The notes: generated from the letters alone by a model not told the origin. Positions 24,186 through 36,700 are shown, numbered from the stretch's first letter. The stretch: DNA of 64,000 nt from Rhodosorus marinus CCMP1338 (GCA_029953675.1 JAMWBK010000001.1:1426001-1490000), one strand, 5' to 3'. A program made the numbers and translations.

Positions 24186-26279
24186 ATGTCTGAGTCTTCC
24201 TCCTCCGCGTGCGTGTCGTCCCGGTTACCCCTGTTTACCAGTGACCGCTCAGCCTGGCATGAGCGTGTTCTCTCGTGGTTTTCGCACCTTGTCGCCTCCT
24301 ACCCGGACGGTTCCCTTCCCCTTTGTCGTCAGAGCACGGCCGTACGGCTCCCTCGTCGACTTCATAAGCCCCTAGGATTGGTGTTGGATTTTCTCTGGCA
24401 GCAGGTCGCCGCGAACCCTCACTGCTCTCTTCGCTGGGAACTCTTGTTCTTTTTTCCCCGCCTCGTGCTCACCTCCTCTACCGTCCCCCTCAACCCACAT
24501 CCTCGCCGGGTCCACCCTCGCCGAAAACTGCAAATGTTCCTTTCCGGCGACTTTGAGGACCTCGAACGTCTTTATTTCGCTTCTCTCTCTTCCTTTTCTC
24601 CTAGTGCTCCCTCAGCTTTTAGGTCTTCTCGACAGAATCGGGCGCGTCACGCGGTGGCAGGCGGTGATCTGCGGCGGGCAGCCGGGATCCTCCAGCAGCG
24701 GCAACCTGTGGTTCCGTACTCCGATGATCTTTCTTCACCGCTCCGTTTGCTCTTTCCCTCGGAAGGCTCCCCTTGGGACTCCTCGTTTGAATCAGTGTTG
24801 GAAGAGTACCGCGCCGCGCCACATCCCAGTGCGCGGTTAGTGGTCAACCTGGAGGCGGTGCGTGAGTTGGTTCATGATGCTCCGAAGGGCCGTTCCCCAG
24901 GGCCCTCGGGGCTGCGGGTGGAATATCTCCGTTTCTTAAGTGATGAAGGTTTGAAGGCGTTGGCGTGGGTGGTCGAAGCGCTTGTGAATGGTGATCCCCT
25001 GTGTGAGTGTGCGTGGTTCTTGGTCGGGCGTTCGCAGTTGTGTCTGCTTTCGAAGCCCGGCCACACGGCCTCGAGCCCTGCTATTCGCCCTATTGGCCTG
25101 GTTGAGGTGGTCCGCAAATTGGCGGCGCGATGGTTAGTGAAAATCCTGGTTCCCGAATCCCGCCGTTTCTTTGGGCACGTGCAGTTAGGCGTGGGCTATC
25201 GTGGTGGCTGTGAGTTGTTGTCTGTTTTACTCCGTTCGGAAATGGCGTACTCCCCAGATTCTGGGCTCCTCTCTGTAGATTTTACCAATGCGTTCAACCG
25301 CGTCTCTCGTCCGGCTCTCATGCACGTGGTGCGCGAAGTCTTCCCTGTAGGCTTTCCCTTTGTTAGTAGACTTTATTCTCCGCTTGGTCGTGGGGCTACC
25401 TATGACACCCTTGGCGCTTCCTCACACACGTTTGCGGCGCGCACAGGGGTACAACAGGGTGATCCCTTGTCCCCTTTCCTACATGCCTGTGGACTACAAC
25501 TCGTCTTGCTTTGTCTTCGCTCCGAATTCCCGCAGGTTCGTACGGTTGCATACCACGACGACGTGTGCCTCCTGGGGCCCCCTGATACTCTAGCACTCGC
25601 TTATGATCGTCTCCGCTCCTTGGCTTCGCGGGTTGACTTGGAGGTTAATCATCACAAATCGTTCTACTGGGGAGGTGTAGCTGCACACGAGCAGCAGGTA
25701 CCTGCGTCGTTCCAGGATATTTGGAGACCGGATGGTTTTGTCCACTTAGGCATCCCCTACGGGTCGCCGTCCTTCGTTGAAGGCGAGTTGCGGCAGCTCC
25801 TCGGTAAGCACAGACAGCTGGTTGCAGAGCTTCGCCGGCTCCCTCCGGGCTTTCTCCAGTGCGCGTTGTTGCTGTATCGGTATTGTTGCAGTCAGCGGTT
25901 AACCTATTGGCTTCGCTCATTTCCAACTCATTGGGGCCGGTGGTTGGCCACTCGTGCGGATGCTGAAAGTTTCCGTGACCTGGGGTATTTTCTCGATGAA
26001 GAGCTGAGCGCTCTGGCGCGACCCACCTGTGATGTTGTGCGCGCCCAGGTAGGCCTCCCATTGCGATTGGGGGGACTGGGCCTCTGCAATCGTGTTGTGG
26101 TCCAACCTGCAGCCGCAGTAGGGGCCTGGGGAACCGCACTTCCCACTTTAAGCAGCTTGGGTATCTCGAAGTTCCGCAATTTGATGGCGAGCCTCTCGCG
26201 GGGTGTCTTGCTTCCCAGCGTACCGGAAAGCGCCCAAGAATTTTTTCTGGAGCTCCAAACCGCTCTGAATTCCTGTACT
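24186..26279 (+). CDS. B1 ORF2 5' part (reverse transcriptase)
   Basis: GRSPGPSGLR, IRPIG, VDFTNAFN, QQGDPLSP, AYHDD, LGIPYG, LGGLGL. Confidence 0.93.
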
Positions 26280-26327
26280 GTACTTTACTAGCATAGCCTG
26301 AAGCGCTACGCAAGGCGTGAAGATGAA

Positions 26328-29300
26328 CCAATAACTAGGGAGGGAAGCATGCAACCCCAGGCGCCGATGGCGCACCTCGGAAAGCATGTCGCTGGAATAT
26401 CGCCAAAGGGAGACACTTAAACGCCTCAAGAGCGCCAAATATTCAGTAGGATGCTCAGAAAAACATTTCCGCAACCACTCTAAACCCGACTTATCCACGT
26501 GACCAAAGCTTTCCACAATGAATGGCTGGAACCGGTGAGAGCGACCCTCAGCGCAAGGCAGACTGGCCATGCTCTCAGCATACCGTCGTTCCTTAACTCT
26601 TCGAAGGGCTGAAGCCGCGGCCCCCCGGCGGCGGGCGGCTGCGATGAGGTGGGCGCTGGCCACGGGGCAGGTAATCGCAAGGTCCACATATGTTGAGCGT
26701 CTGGCAGCAGCGTCGGAGACGAGGAGATCGGCTATACAACGGGGCGGTGCAGAGTCCGAGATGGATCTGGGCAGTTCCGACTCAACCTCAACCGTATGCC
26801 CTATCCGAGTCAAAAACTCGCTGAGGATGTACTTGAGGCGAGTGTGACGCCTCGTACGGAGACCTCGCAACAGTCCGCAGGAACCCAGGAAGTGGTAGCC
26901 ACAAGCGTCAATCCGGCTCTCACATCCCTGACAGAAAGACGGCCGATTAGAGTGCCACGGAGCCTGTGGCAAACCGAGATAGATCCGTGCGGCAGAACGG
27001 AACTGGAAAGCATCGAGACGATGACTCAATGACGACGGTAGAGTGGTTAACCGCAAGTGCGAGAGGTGGCCTCCCATGCCGCGGAGACGAGCGGCAGTGG
27101 TAGGCGGCGTGAGAGGAGAATTGAGCATGACTGTGTGAGCGGCACTGTGTTGGCCCCAGGTGAGGCTATGTTGAATCACATCAGTGCGGGAGCTCCACAA
27201 TCGGCTCAAACCCGGGTAGTCTGCAACAGGGGACCCGGGGCTAGCCTCTCCGTCATCGGCAAGAACTCGGTCGAGGGGACAATCCTCAATCGCTTCAGCT
27301 CGTCCCCATAACAGCTCCCTCCACGAACGAAAGCGGGACCGATTTGCGTCCGGCACGGCGTTGCACCTCCTGAACGCGTGTTGAAGACCATCATAAATTG
27401 TCAAAAGCGGGGGCGGCAGGGTCACTGGATCCTCGTTGGTCAAAGCTCGAGCCAAGAGGCAGGCACTTCGCATCTGGAAGGTCACCAACGTTCGCAGCGC
27501 GGTAGCCCAGGAGGCAACCGCCGCTGGCGAGCATACCAGCCCACGGTCTGCGACGCCGAATCCCCCCCATCGCAACGGTAGAGCGATCTGTGCACGAATA
27601 AAGTCTCTGTCGGGAGCAGCTTCAAGATCGAGGGGCTCATCCAAGAGCGTTCCCAAGTGTTGCAGGGTCATTTCGTCGGCTCTAGCCGCGATCCACGAGC
27701 CCCAAGCTGGAGGCAGGCTGCGCAACCAGTAGTTGAGTCTGGGACCGGCACAAAAGCGGGAAAGCAAGCAGGCCGATTGCAGCATGCTGTCGGGTAGGTG
27801 CTCAATGGCGTCGGTGAGTTGCTTGTGCCGTGCCAAAACTCGCTCGCAGGATGCTTGGACAAAGTTGTCAGTCCCCAATCCGACGCCGTGGTGTTCGAAC
27901 CCTTCACGTTCGCTGATTAGTCGCAGAGTGGGTGGCAGAGAGGTCAGCGACACGTCCCTCGGGGGGAGAAAGCGACATTTTTCTGTTTCCACAGTCAAAC
28001 CGACGCGACGTGCAATCGCTTCGATCGCGGTCAGTCCCCTAGCCAGGTGTCAGGGGTGCCCAGCAATGTTACGTCATCGTGGTACGCGCAGATTCGAAGA
28101 TCCGAGACCTCAGTCGAAAGACGTAAAAGTACGAGCTGTAGGGCACAGGCATGAAGAAGAGGTCCGCAAGGGTCGCCTGGTTGGACGCCAGTATGTGCTT
28201 GAAAAACAGTGCCCTCCGTTGTCAAGTAGGGGAGGCTCTCCCCTCCGTAAATACCCGATAGAAACGGCCACGCCTCCGGAAACACCCGTCGGAGCACCTC
28301 TAGCGCATGCGTCCGCGACAAGCTGTTGAATGCGTTCCGGAAATCAACCACCAAGACTCCCCACTCCGGCCTACTGGCGCGTTCTAGCTCGATCCCAGAG
28401 GTGATCAGTTCGCAACCCCCAGAAAATCCCACCCCTACTTCCAAGGGCGCCATAAAAGCTGTGACGCGCTGGCGAAGGCGCTGGCATAGCCACCTCCCGG
28501 CTAACTTCCGTAGGCTCTCCACCATCCCGATCGGCCGGAGACGCGGGTGGGCCGGCTGGTGGTCAGGTTTCGTGAGCAAGCAAAGCTGTGCCTGCCGGAG
28601 ATGTTCCCATGGCGCAGACGCACCCGATACGCCCTGAAACAACTTGTTAAGGATCCTCAGAAGCGCGCTCTTGCCAGGCTGGCTCAGGGCCTGCAATAGC
28701 TCTGTTCTTAGTCCGGAGGGTCCGGGACAGCGTCCCCGACGCGAGGTACGAAGCAAATCCTCCAGGTCAGACTCACTGAGCGTCAGATCGATGCGAAACC
28801 TGGCCAACTCCGGACGGTCCAAGAATACCTCGAATTCAGGGACAAATCCACGTCGGACTCAGGGAACAAAGACCACACCGTCTGGGCGAGACTATCATCG
28901 TAGGGGAGGACAGGCGCCTGGCTCCTCCAAAACCCGCGCCGCTCGACTTAAATCGCCCACTGCTACCAATTTCTGTACTCGAGCCGGCACGGGCGACACT
29001 GTGCCATGCCGAGTCCGGACGGGCGGATGGTGCTGACGACGCCAAATAGCTGCGCTGTAGTACTTCGAAGTCTCCCTTCAAGAACAGGGCCAGTCGGTCT
29101 CGTACTCGCCATCTGCGCTCCGATGTGTGAATGGGGGCCAGAATCAGGCGCGGCATGACCCCAGAAAAACCCAAATGACTGTGTCCCGAATGTTGCGAGC
29201 CAGGCTCGTGAAGATGAAATCGAGAATGGTTCCAGCTACTAGAAGGTCTCCACGAGGAAGGACGACTGGGGAATGCCCCCACGGAGGGGAAGCGAGCCTC

Positions 29301-29397
29301 CTTCCAAAGAAATCCACCGCCGGAGCCAACTCCGAAAACGCGTACGCCAAATGCCCCAGTCTCCGCCCTCCTTCAGGACATAAGACTGTAGATCCAT
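26328..29397 (-). pseudogene. A2 ORF2 (RT-zinc knuckle-RLE), frameshifted, stop codon TAG changed to TGG
   Basis: Pieces in ORFs 28836-29282, 28031-28822, 26148-27998, compared with A3 and A7. Confidence 0.85.
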
Positions 29398-29429
29398 AGG
29401 CTGCGACCTCGCAGCCGTGCCTGGAAACG

Positions 29430-30838
29430 CTAATCGTGCTTCTCCCCCTTAGACCCGGGGAGTCGGTCCTCGCTCTCTTACCTCCTATCCGCACCAAAGT
29501 CGTGAGCCGCCCACTCCGCGAGGCTCGCGGAACGGATCCCGCGGGCTTCAGCAAAGTAACCTGGGCGTCCTCCACCGCCATGCCCTCAGTCTGCTCCCCT
29601 TCCTCACCACTCTCGCTGGAAGTAGTGCTGGAAGCAGAGCCCTCCAAAATCCCCACCCGCTGCAGCTCTGTCTTGTAGCGCGAAGTCAGCACAAGTCGCC
29701 TCTCCAGATCGAAGAAACTGGAAACCGCCATGCGCAGGTGACGAAGGCCCGACCGGAACCGCTCCAACAAGATCCTCTCAAGGCGCTGAATCCGTAGCCA
29801 ATGGATCGCTGCCGCCTTCACGCTGCTCTCATGCTCAGAGAGCCCTGCCGTTTCTCCCGGAGACAGGAAATTGCCCGAGAAACGGTCAAAATCGAAGTGC
29901 AAAACCACCTGCGGGTTGCAGCGCAGCCACCGGGCGGTCTCAGGCCACTGCTCGGTAGGCTTCGCCAGCAAGGCCTCCAGGTACTTGGCGGCGGTTTCGG
30001 AGACCAAAAACAGCACATCGCGGCCCTCATAGTTTGCGAAGAAGAAATCACCCCGGCTGCACCCTAACGATTCCGCAAAAGTGTCCCGGAAGTCTCGCAT
30101 AGACGGAACCTGTCCTCGTGTAGTCTGGGGCCGGACATTTCGCACCCACAGAAATTGGAGAGTGGTCTCCACAGGTCCATCCTGAGGCTCGCGAGATGGT
30201 ATGAAACGGAGCATAGCCGCCGTACGTGTGGCAGTGGTGCCCTTCCGCAAGACTGATGCGTACGAAGCGCCCCCCTTGCGGCCACCACGTGCCCCCGAAG
30301 TAGCCGGAGCTGGTGACCACCTGAGGGCTGGTCCAAGAGAGGGAAGTCCACAGCTGCAGTCTCCTCCACACCGGTTGCCGCACAGTCACCACCACCATTG
30401 CCTCGAATCCCCGAGCGCTGAAGCGCGTTTTGGCCCGGCCTGCCGCTCCCCAACGTCGTACTGTCCTGGCGCAGAAGCAACAGCCCTCGCCTGTCCCGGG
30501 ACAGGTTCATGTTGATTGACCTGATGTTGACTGCCTTCAGCCAACGCTGCCACTCTGGGGCAATTCAAATTCTCCTCCGAATTTGAATTTGACCTGGCCA
30601 GCAATCCCGATTCCAGCCCACCTAGCTTCTGGGTGAGCTGAGGGAGCACTCCACGATCACTCGCAGCCGTGATCAGGCTGGTGACAGCGGAGATAAGTGC
30701 ACGCGCCTGGGTGCCAGAAGCGCCTTCCAAGTCAACCTCGGAAGAAAACGTGCCGCAGCTGAGGCGAACACGGAGTCCCCCACCTGGCAGTGCCTCCTTG
30801 GGAGGAGGCTCCGTCGGGCGCGGAGATATCCCTACCAT
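29430..30838 (-). pseudogene. A2 ORF1
   Basis: MVGISP start; SYASVLR..NVRPQ..DFRDTF motifs; in-frame TGA at 30386-30388; end inferred from A7. Confidence 0.75.
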
Positions 30839-31116
30839 CCTGAGGGAATGCGCAAAGGAAACGTTGCACCACGAACATGAAACCGCACCGAGAGAATAAT
30901 CGACCAAACCCAACCCAAATAGGAAAGGCCCCGCAACACACCCACCCGGAAGACAGAAGTAGTTGCAAATGCAAACGACGCCCCGCGGAAAATCGAGGGG
31001 AAGGCGTACCAGAGGAAGCGCTTCCCGTAAACGAACACGCTCGCGACCGAAAAAGAAACAAAACCCCAATCCTCGACAACAACCACCCCAGACTAGGACT
31101 TTACTCCCCCTGTACT

Positions 31117-32166
31117 AGGCTCCCCGAAACCGTTCAACCCCGTCTTCCTGACTGGCGAGCTGTATTTGACCGCTCTCGAGGCTCCGCCCCGGGGATTCGT
31201 CCTGCGCCTGAACCTGTTCTAGGGGAGATTGACCCAGTGGTTGCCGCAGAAGAAGAAGTTCCAGTTGATCCTCCTGATGATTCCCAGCGCGCTGGGAGCC
31301 GAGCTCAAGCACGCACGGATGCGCTGCAAAATATCCTTTCTTGGGACTTGCACCGTGCTGCATATGGCCGACTCCTCGCGCAGATGGTCTCATCTTCCCG
31401 CGCTCGCGCCCGCCTACGTAGTCTTGGAGGGGTTATTAGCTCTCAGTGGCTCATGACCGTACCAGCCTTTCCGCCACTCACACTGTCGGATTTCGAAGTG
31501 CGTACTTCCCTGCGCTTATACCTCGGCTTACATCAGCCCCCTTGGCCGTACGAGATGGGTTCGTCGTGCCCTCTCTGCTCTCAGACTGAAGACAACGCAG
31601 ATTTGGGCGCCCACCTGCTCGCTAGTTGCCCGGCGGTGAAAGGTGCTCGAACCCGCCGCCATACACGGATCTTGAACCTGTTATACCGGGAACTTCGGCC
31701 TATAGTCCGGCAAGCCGGTCTGGAAATCGAACGTGAGAAACCTTTACCCGTCCCGGACTTTCAAAATGATGAACGCCGTGTAGCCGACCTGGTGATCACC
31801 TGTGACGACAGCCGCCGTACCACATACGTTGATCTTGCTGTTCCTAACCCTCAAGCTAGTCGTTATCTCCCGGCTGCGGGGGAGCGCCGTGGATCTGCCG
31901 CCGCCAGCATGAGACGCCGCAAAGAGATCAAATACGCGGGGGCTTTGTCTTCCCCTGGTGTTCGTGCTTCGGCACTAGCACATCGCTTGGTACCCCTGAT
32001 CATTGAGTGCTTTGGATTCATGGACTCTGTTGGTTCTCGCTGGCTTCGGGAGTTGTTCCGCGAACGCCCTGACCGTCTTCAATCGTTGTTTACCCGCTTA
32101 AGTTTCCTGCTGTGGCGCATGAATGCCGCTTTGATGTTGGAGGCGCGAGTACTTCGCCGCGCTTAG
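31117..32166 (+). CDS. B1 ORF2 3' part (zinc knuckle + RLE)
   Basis: CPLC..HLLASC..RRHTRI..VADLVI..VDLAV..ECFG; rejoins 24186-26279 in frame (about 1047 aa). Confidence 0.92.
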   Translation, partial: RLPETVQPRLPDWRAVFDRSRGSAPGIRPAPEPVLGEIDPVVAAEEEVPVDPPDDSQRAGSRAQARTDALQNILSWDLHRAAYGRLLAQMVSSSRARARLRSLGGVISSQWLMTVPAFPPLTLSDFEVRTSLRLYLGLHQPPWPYEMGSSCPLCSQTEDNADLGAHLLASCPAVKGARTRRHTRILNLLYRELRPIVRQAGLEIEREKPLPVPDFQNDERRVADLVITCDDSRRTTYVDLAVPNPQASRYLPAAGERRGSAAASMRRRKEIKYAGALSSPGVRASALAHRLVPLIIECFGFMDSVGSRWLRELFRERPDRLQSLFTRLSFLLWRMNAALMLEARVLRRA

Positions 32167-32222
32167 TCTTTTTGTCCCCTCGGGGTTTTTTTTTTTCAGC
32201 CTCCGATTAAACCATTCGTTCG

Positions 32223-32520
32223 AATATCTTCGTAAAGGGCGGTGTACTTCGAGAACTTCTGCATGAAGTCCTGTAGAAAATTCTCTTCTGAAAGCGTTGA
32301 CGCAGTATCCATTGTATCCGCTGGATTATCACCACTGGTAACCTCATGTACATACTGCTCAGAGTTCTCTTCGATTTCCCCCTCCTCAAGCTGAGCAGCG
32401 GGGCAGCAATTGTCTCCTCCAGGGGGCACTCTCATCGCTCAAGGTTCCCTCCCCACCCCGGGAGGGGGGGGGGGTTCTCCAACGTTCGTCATCACTCTCA
32501 AATAATCATTTCTTATACCA
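32223..32520 (-). mobile_element. C2 5' end and ORF1 N-terminus
   Basis: ORF 32196-32435 ends ..ALYEDI across the TSD and continues at 22634 (EDIGVAVAD); linkage inferred from the TSD. Confidence 0.7.
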
Positions 32521-32546
32521 CTACCAGATTCCAGACTAACTTCCCA

Positions 32547-32620
32547 CCCCAGACTACCCCAGACTACCCCAGACTACCCCAGACCAACGTAACCGTCAGA
32601 CTAACGTACCCCAGACTAAC
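32547..32620 (-). repeat. (TAGTCTGGGG)n repeat at the 3' end of C3
   Basis: ccccagacta x3 at 32547-32576, variant at 32577, another unit at 32609-32618. Confidence 0.95.
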
Positions 32621-33369
32621 GTAACTTCAGATTAAAGTAACTGTAAGCTTTACTGGGGAGCTGCCTACTGCAGCGTAACACTACTTCTATCGCTATCTAG
32701 GGGAGTATTTACCGGAATCCCGCTACCGGGGTCTCATGCTACTTTCAAAAGAAAAAAGAGGGACCAGTGGATTGTCCAACTGGTCCACGCGCTAAGCGCC
32801 TAGGGCGGTCTCTGCATTACCTCGCCGTAGTTGCCTGTTGATCTGCGATCTTACATCGCTCAGCTCCTCGCTCCCGTGCAATAGGTGTTTGCAGCTGACC
32901 AGCAGAAACTCCTGTGCCATATGTTTCTACCGCAATTGGGATGAACTTGTCATCCGGGTGTTCTATCGTCATCGCCTGCTTGTAGTGCGCTTTCTTCCAG
33001 CTCTCTGCACATCTTGCTGAATATCCATTCTGCGCCTCACTTCGCAACAGATACTTCCCTTGCAGAGGAGACGCAACCGTCACGTCCAGTGCATATCGTT
33101 GAAATGTCCTCGGATGCGTAGCAATGAAGTCTGGCCGTAGCCCGTAGTACTTCTCTGGTTCCTGCTCGATGTCCAGAAAGTTCCACCTGTTCAGCCTGCT
33201 TGCGATCTCCGTGCATATCTCGTCATGCCTACGTTGCCACAGACCAGTCGACGTGGGGCAATGATGAAAGCGTTGTACTCCGTTTGCACCGTGTTTACCA
33301 CGGCATCGAGTACGCTTTTCCGTAGTCCGCAGCCCCGGAATCGGTTGCCCCAGTAGTTGTCGGATATAA
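32621..33369 (-). mobile_element. 5'-truncated C-type copy C3
   Basis: ORF 32817-33374 HHC..RRHDEI..RPDFI..LDVTV; 3' UTR hairpins as in 19780-19969. Confidence 0.9.
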
Positions 33370-33744
33370 CCCAAGACTAACGTAACCCCGTAGCCTTTAT
33401 TGGGCAGCTAGCTAATGCAGCGCATCACACGATCACTACGTACGCACTAATCAAACCTGGACTCCCTGTCCAGGAGTCTCATCTAAATTCTACTTAGGGG
33501 AAATATCGGTCTATCTGCGCGATCTTTCTCGATCGCGTGCTCAACTAGCGCAGCATTGTGCTGCCACAAAATGCGGTTTAATTGACCCCTCACCGACGAT
33601 AGATGGGAGTCACGATCATGCAGGTGCGTGCTCGCCGTTCGAAGAAATTCAAGGCTTGCCTCGCCCATTCGACCAAAACTCTCAAAAATGAACGGCACAA
33701 CAACCACATCTCGGTTTTCCCCCCTCAGCACTTCCTTATAATGC
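33370..33744 (-). mobile_element. Family D 3' part (RLE C-terminus + 3' UTR)
   Basis: LHYKEV..FESFGRMG..QLNRILW; tail cccaataaagg..ttacgttagtcttggg. Confidence 0.85.
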
Positions 33745-33758
33745 AACTGGACTTTACT

Positions 33759-36700
33759 GGACTTTACTAGCATAGCCTGAAGCGCTACGCAAGGCGTGAA
33801 GATGAACTAATAACTAGGGAGGGAAGCATGCAACCCCAGGCGCCGATGGCGCGCCTCGGAAAGCATGTCGCTGGAATATCGCCAAAGGGAGACACTTAAA
33901 CGCCTCAAGAGCGCCAAATATTCAGTAGGATGCTCAGCAAAACATTTCCGCAACCACTCTAAACCCGACTTATCGACGTGACCAAAGCTTTCCACAATGA
34001 ATGGCTGGAACCGGTGAGAGCGACCCTCAGCGCAAGGCAGACTGGCCATGCTCTCAGCATACCGTCGTTCCTTAACTCTTCGAAGGGCTGAAGCCGCGGC
34101 CCCCCGGCGGCGGGCGGCTGCGGTGAGGTGGGCGCTGGCCACGGGGCAGGTAATCGCAAGGTCCACATATGTTGAGCGTCTGGCAGCAGCGTCGGAGACG
34201 AGGAGATCGGCTATACAACGGGGCGGTGCAGAGTCCGAGATGGATCTGGGCAGTTCCGACTCAACCTCAACCGTATGCCCTATCCGAGTCAAAAATTCGC
34301 TGAGGATGTACTTGAGGCGAGTGTGACGCCTCGTACGGAGACCTCTCAACAGTCCGCAGGAACCCAGGAAGTGGTAGCCACAAGCGTCAATCCGGCTCTC
34401 ACATCCCTGACAGAAAGACGGCCGATTAGAGTGCCACGGAGCCTGTGGCAAACCGAGATAGATGCGTGCGGCAGAACGGAACTGGAAAGCATCGAGACGA
34501 TGACTCAATGACGACGGTAGAGTGGTTAACCACAAGTGTGAGAGGTGGCCTCCCATGCCGCGGAGACGAGCGGCAGTGGTAGGCGGCGTGAGAGGAGAAT
34601 TGAGCATGACTGTGTGAGCGGCACTGTGTTGGCCCCAGGTGAGGCTATGTTGAATCACATCAGTGCGGGAGCTCCACAATCGGCTCAAACCCGGGTAGTC
34701 TGCAACAGGGGACCCGGGGCTAGCCTCTCCGTCATCGGCAAGAACTCGGTCGAGGGGACAATCCTCAATCGCTTCAGCTCGTCCCCATAACAGCTCCCTC
34801 CAGGAACGAAAGCGGGACCGATTTGCGTCCGGCACGGCGTTGCACCTCCTGAACGCGTGTTGAAGACCATCATAAATTGTCAAAAGCGGGGGCGGCAGGG
34901 TCACTGGATCCTCGTTGGTCAAAGCTCGAGCCAAGAGGCAGGCACTTCGCATCCGGAAGGTCACCAACGTTCGCAGCGCGGTAGCCCAGGAGGCAACCGC
35001 CGCTGGCGAGCATACCAGCCCACGGTCTGCGACGCCGAATCCCCCTAATCGCAACGGTAGAGCGATCTGTGCACGAATAAAGTCCCTGTCGGGAGCAGCT
35101 TCAAGATCGAGGGGCTCATCCAAGAGCGTTCCCCAGTGTTGCAGGGTCATTTCGTCGGCTTTAGCCGCGATCCACGAGCCCCAAGCTGGAGGCAGGCTGC
35201 GCAACCAGTAGTTGAGTCTGGGACCGGCACAAAAGCGGGAAAGCAAGCAGGCCGATTGCAGCATGCTGTCGGGTAGGTGCTCAATGGCGTCGGTGAGTTG
35301 CTTGTGCCGTGCCAAAACTCGCTCGCAGGATGCTTGGACAAAGTTGTCAGTCCCCAATCCGACGCCGTGGTGTTCGAACCCTTCACGTTCGCTGATTAGT
35401 CGCAGAGTGGGTGGCAGAGAGTTCAGCGACACGTCCCTCGGGGGGAGAAAGCGACATTTTTCTGTTTCCACAGTCAAACCGACGCGACGTGCAATCGCTT
35501 CGATCGCGGTCAGTCCCCTAGCCAGGGTGTCAGGGGTGCCCAGCAATGTTACGTCATCGTGGTACGCGCAGATTCGAAGATCCGAGACCTCAGTCGAAAG
35601 ACGTAAAAGTACGAGCTGTAGGGCACAGGCATGAAGAAGAGGTCCGCAAGGGTCGCCTTGTTGGACGCCAGTATGTGCTTGAAAAACAGTGCCCTCCGTT
35701 GTCAAGTAGGGGAGGCTCTCCCCTCCGTAAATACCCGATAGAAACGGCCACGCCTCCGGAAACACACGTCGGAGCACCTCTAGCGCATGCGTCCGCGACA
35801 CGCTGTTGAATGCGTTCCGGAAATCAACCACCAAGACTCCCCACTCCGGCCTACTGGCGCGTTCTAGCTCGATCCCATGGGTGATCAGTTCGCAACCCCC
35901 AGAAAATCCCACCCCTACTTGCAAGGGCGCCATAAAAGCTGTGACGCGCTGGCGAAGGCGCTGGCATAGCCACCTCCCGGCTAACTTCCGTAGGCTCTCC
36001 ACCATCCCGATCGGCCGGAGACGCGGGTGGGCCGGCTGGTGGTCAGGTTTCGTGAGCAAGCAAAGCTGTGCCTGCCGGAGATGTTCCCATGGCGCGGACG
36101 CACCCGATACGCCCTGGAACAACTTGTTAAGGATCCTCAGAAGCGCGCTCTGGCCAGGCTGGCTCAGGGCCTGCAATAGCTCTGTTCTTAGTCCGGAGGG
36201 TCCAGGACAGCGTCCCCGACGCGAGGTACGAAGCAAATCCTCCAGGTCAGACTCACTGAGCGTCAGATCGATGCGAAACCTGGCCAACTCCGGACGGTCC
36301 AAGAATACCTCGAATTCAGGGGACAAATCCACGTCGGACTCAGGGAACAAAGACGACACCGTCTGGGCGAGACTATCATCGTAGGGGAGGACAGGCGCCT
36401 GGCCCTCCAAAACCCGCGCCGCTCGACTTAAATCGCCCACTGCTACCAATTTCTGTACTCGAGCTGGCACGGGCGACACTGTGCCATGCCGAGTCCGACG
36501 GGCGGATGGTGCTGACGACGCCAAATAGCTGCGCTGTAGTACTTCGAAGTCTCCCTTCAAGAACAGGGCCAGTCGGTCTCGTACTCGCCATCTGCGCTCC
36601 GATGTGTGAATGGGGGCCAGAATCATGCGCGGCATGACCCCCAGAAAAACCCAAATGACTGTGTCCCGAATGTTGCGAGCCAGGCTCGTGAAGATGAAAT

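Larger units (their letters stand above)
26280..31108 (-). mobile_element. Full-length family A element A2 (~4.83 kb)
   Basis: 8-bp TSD cctgtact at 26272-26279 and 31109-31116; ORF1 and ORF2 present with frameshifts. Confidence 0.95.
22635..32222 (+). mobile_element. Full-length family B element B1 (~4.75 kb) carrying an inserted A element
   Basis: 9-bp TSD aatatcttc at 22626-22634 and 32223-32231; ORF1, ORF2, 3' UTR and tail present. Confidence 0.92.

Noticed and set aside
30380-30392. Programmed UGA-C readthrough in A ORF1
   Set aside because: Only one copy covers it and that copy has other lesions; mutation or compensating frameshifts are simpler
32577-32590. cgttggtctggggta (minus strand) resembling the tRNA-Pro D-arm/box A
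   Set aside because: Needs a deletion to match; no box B or cloverleaf nearby
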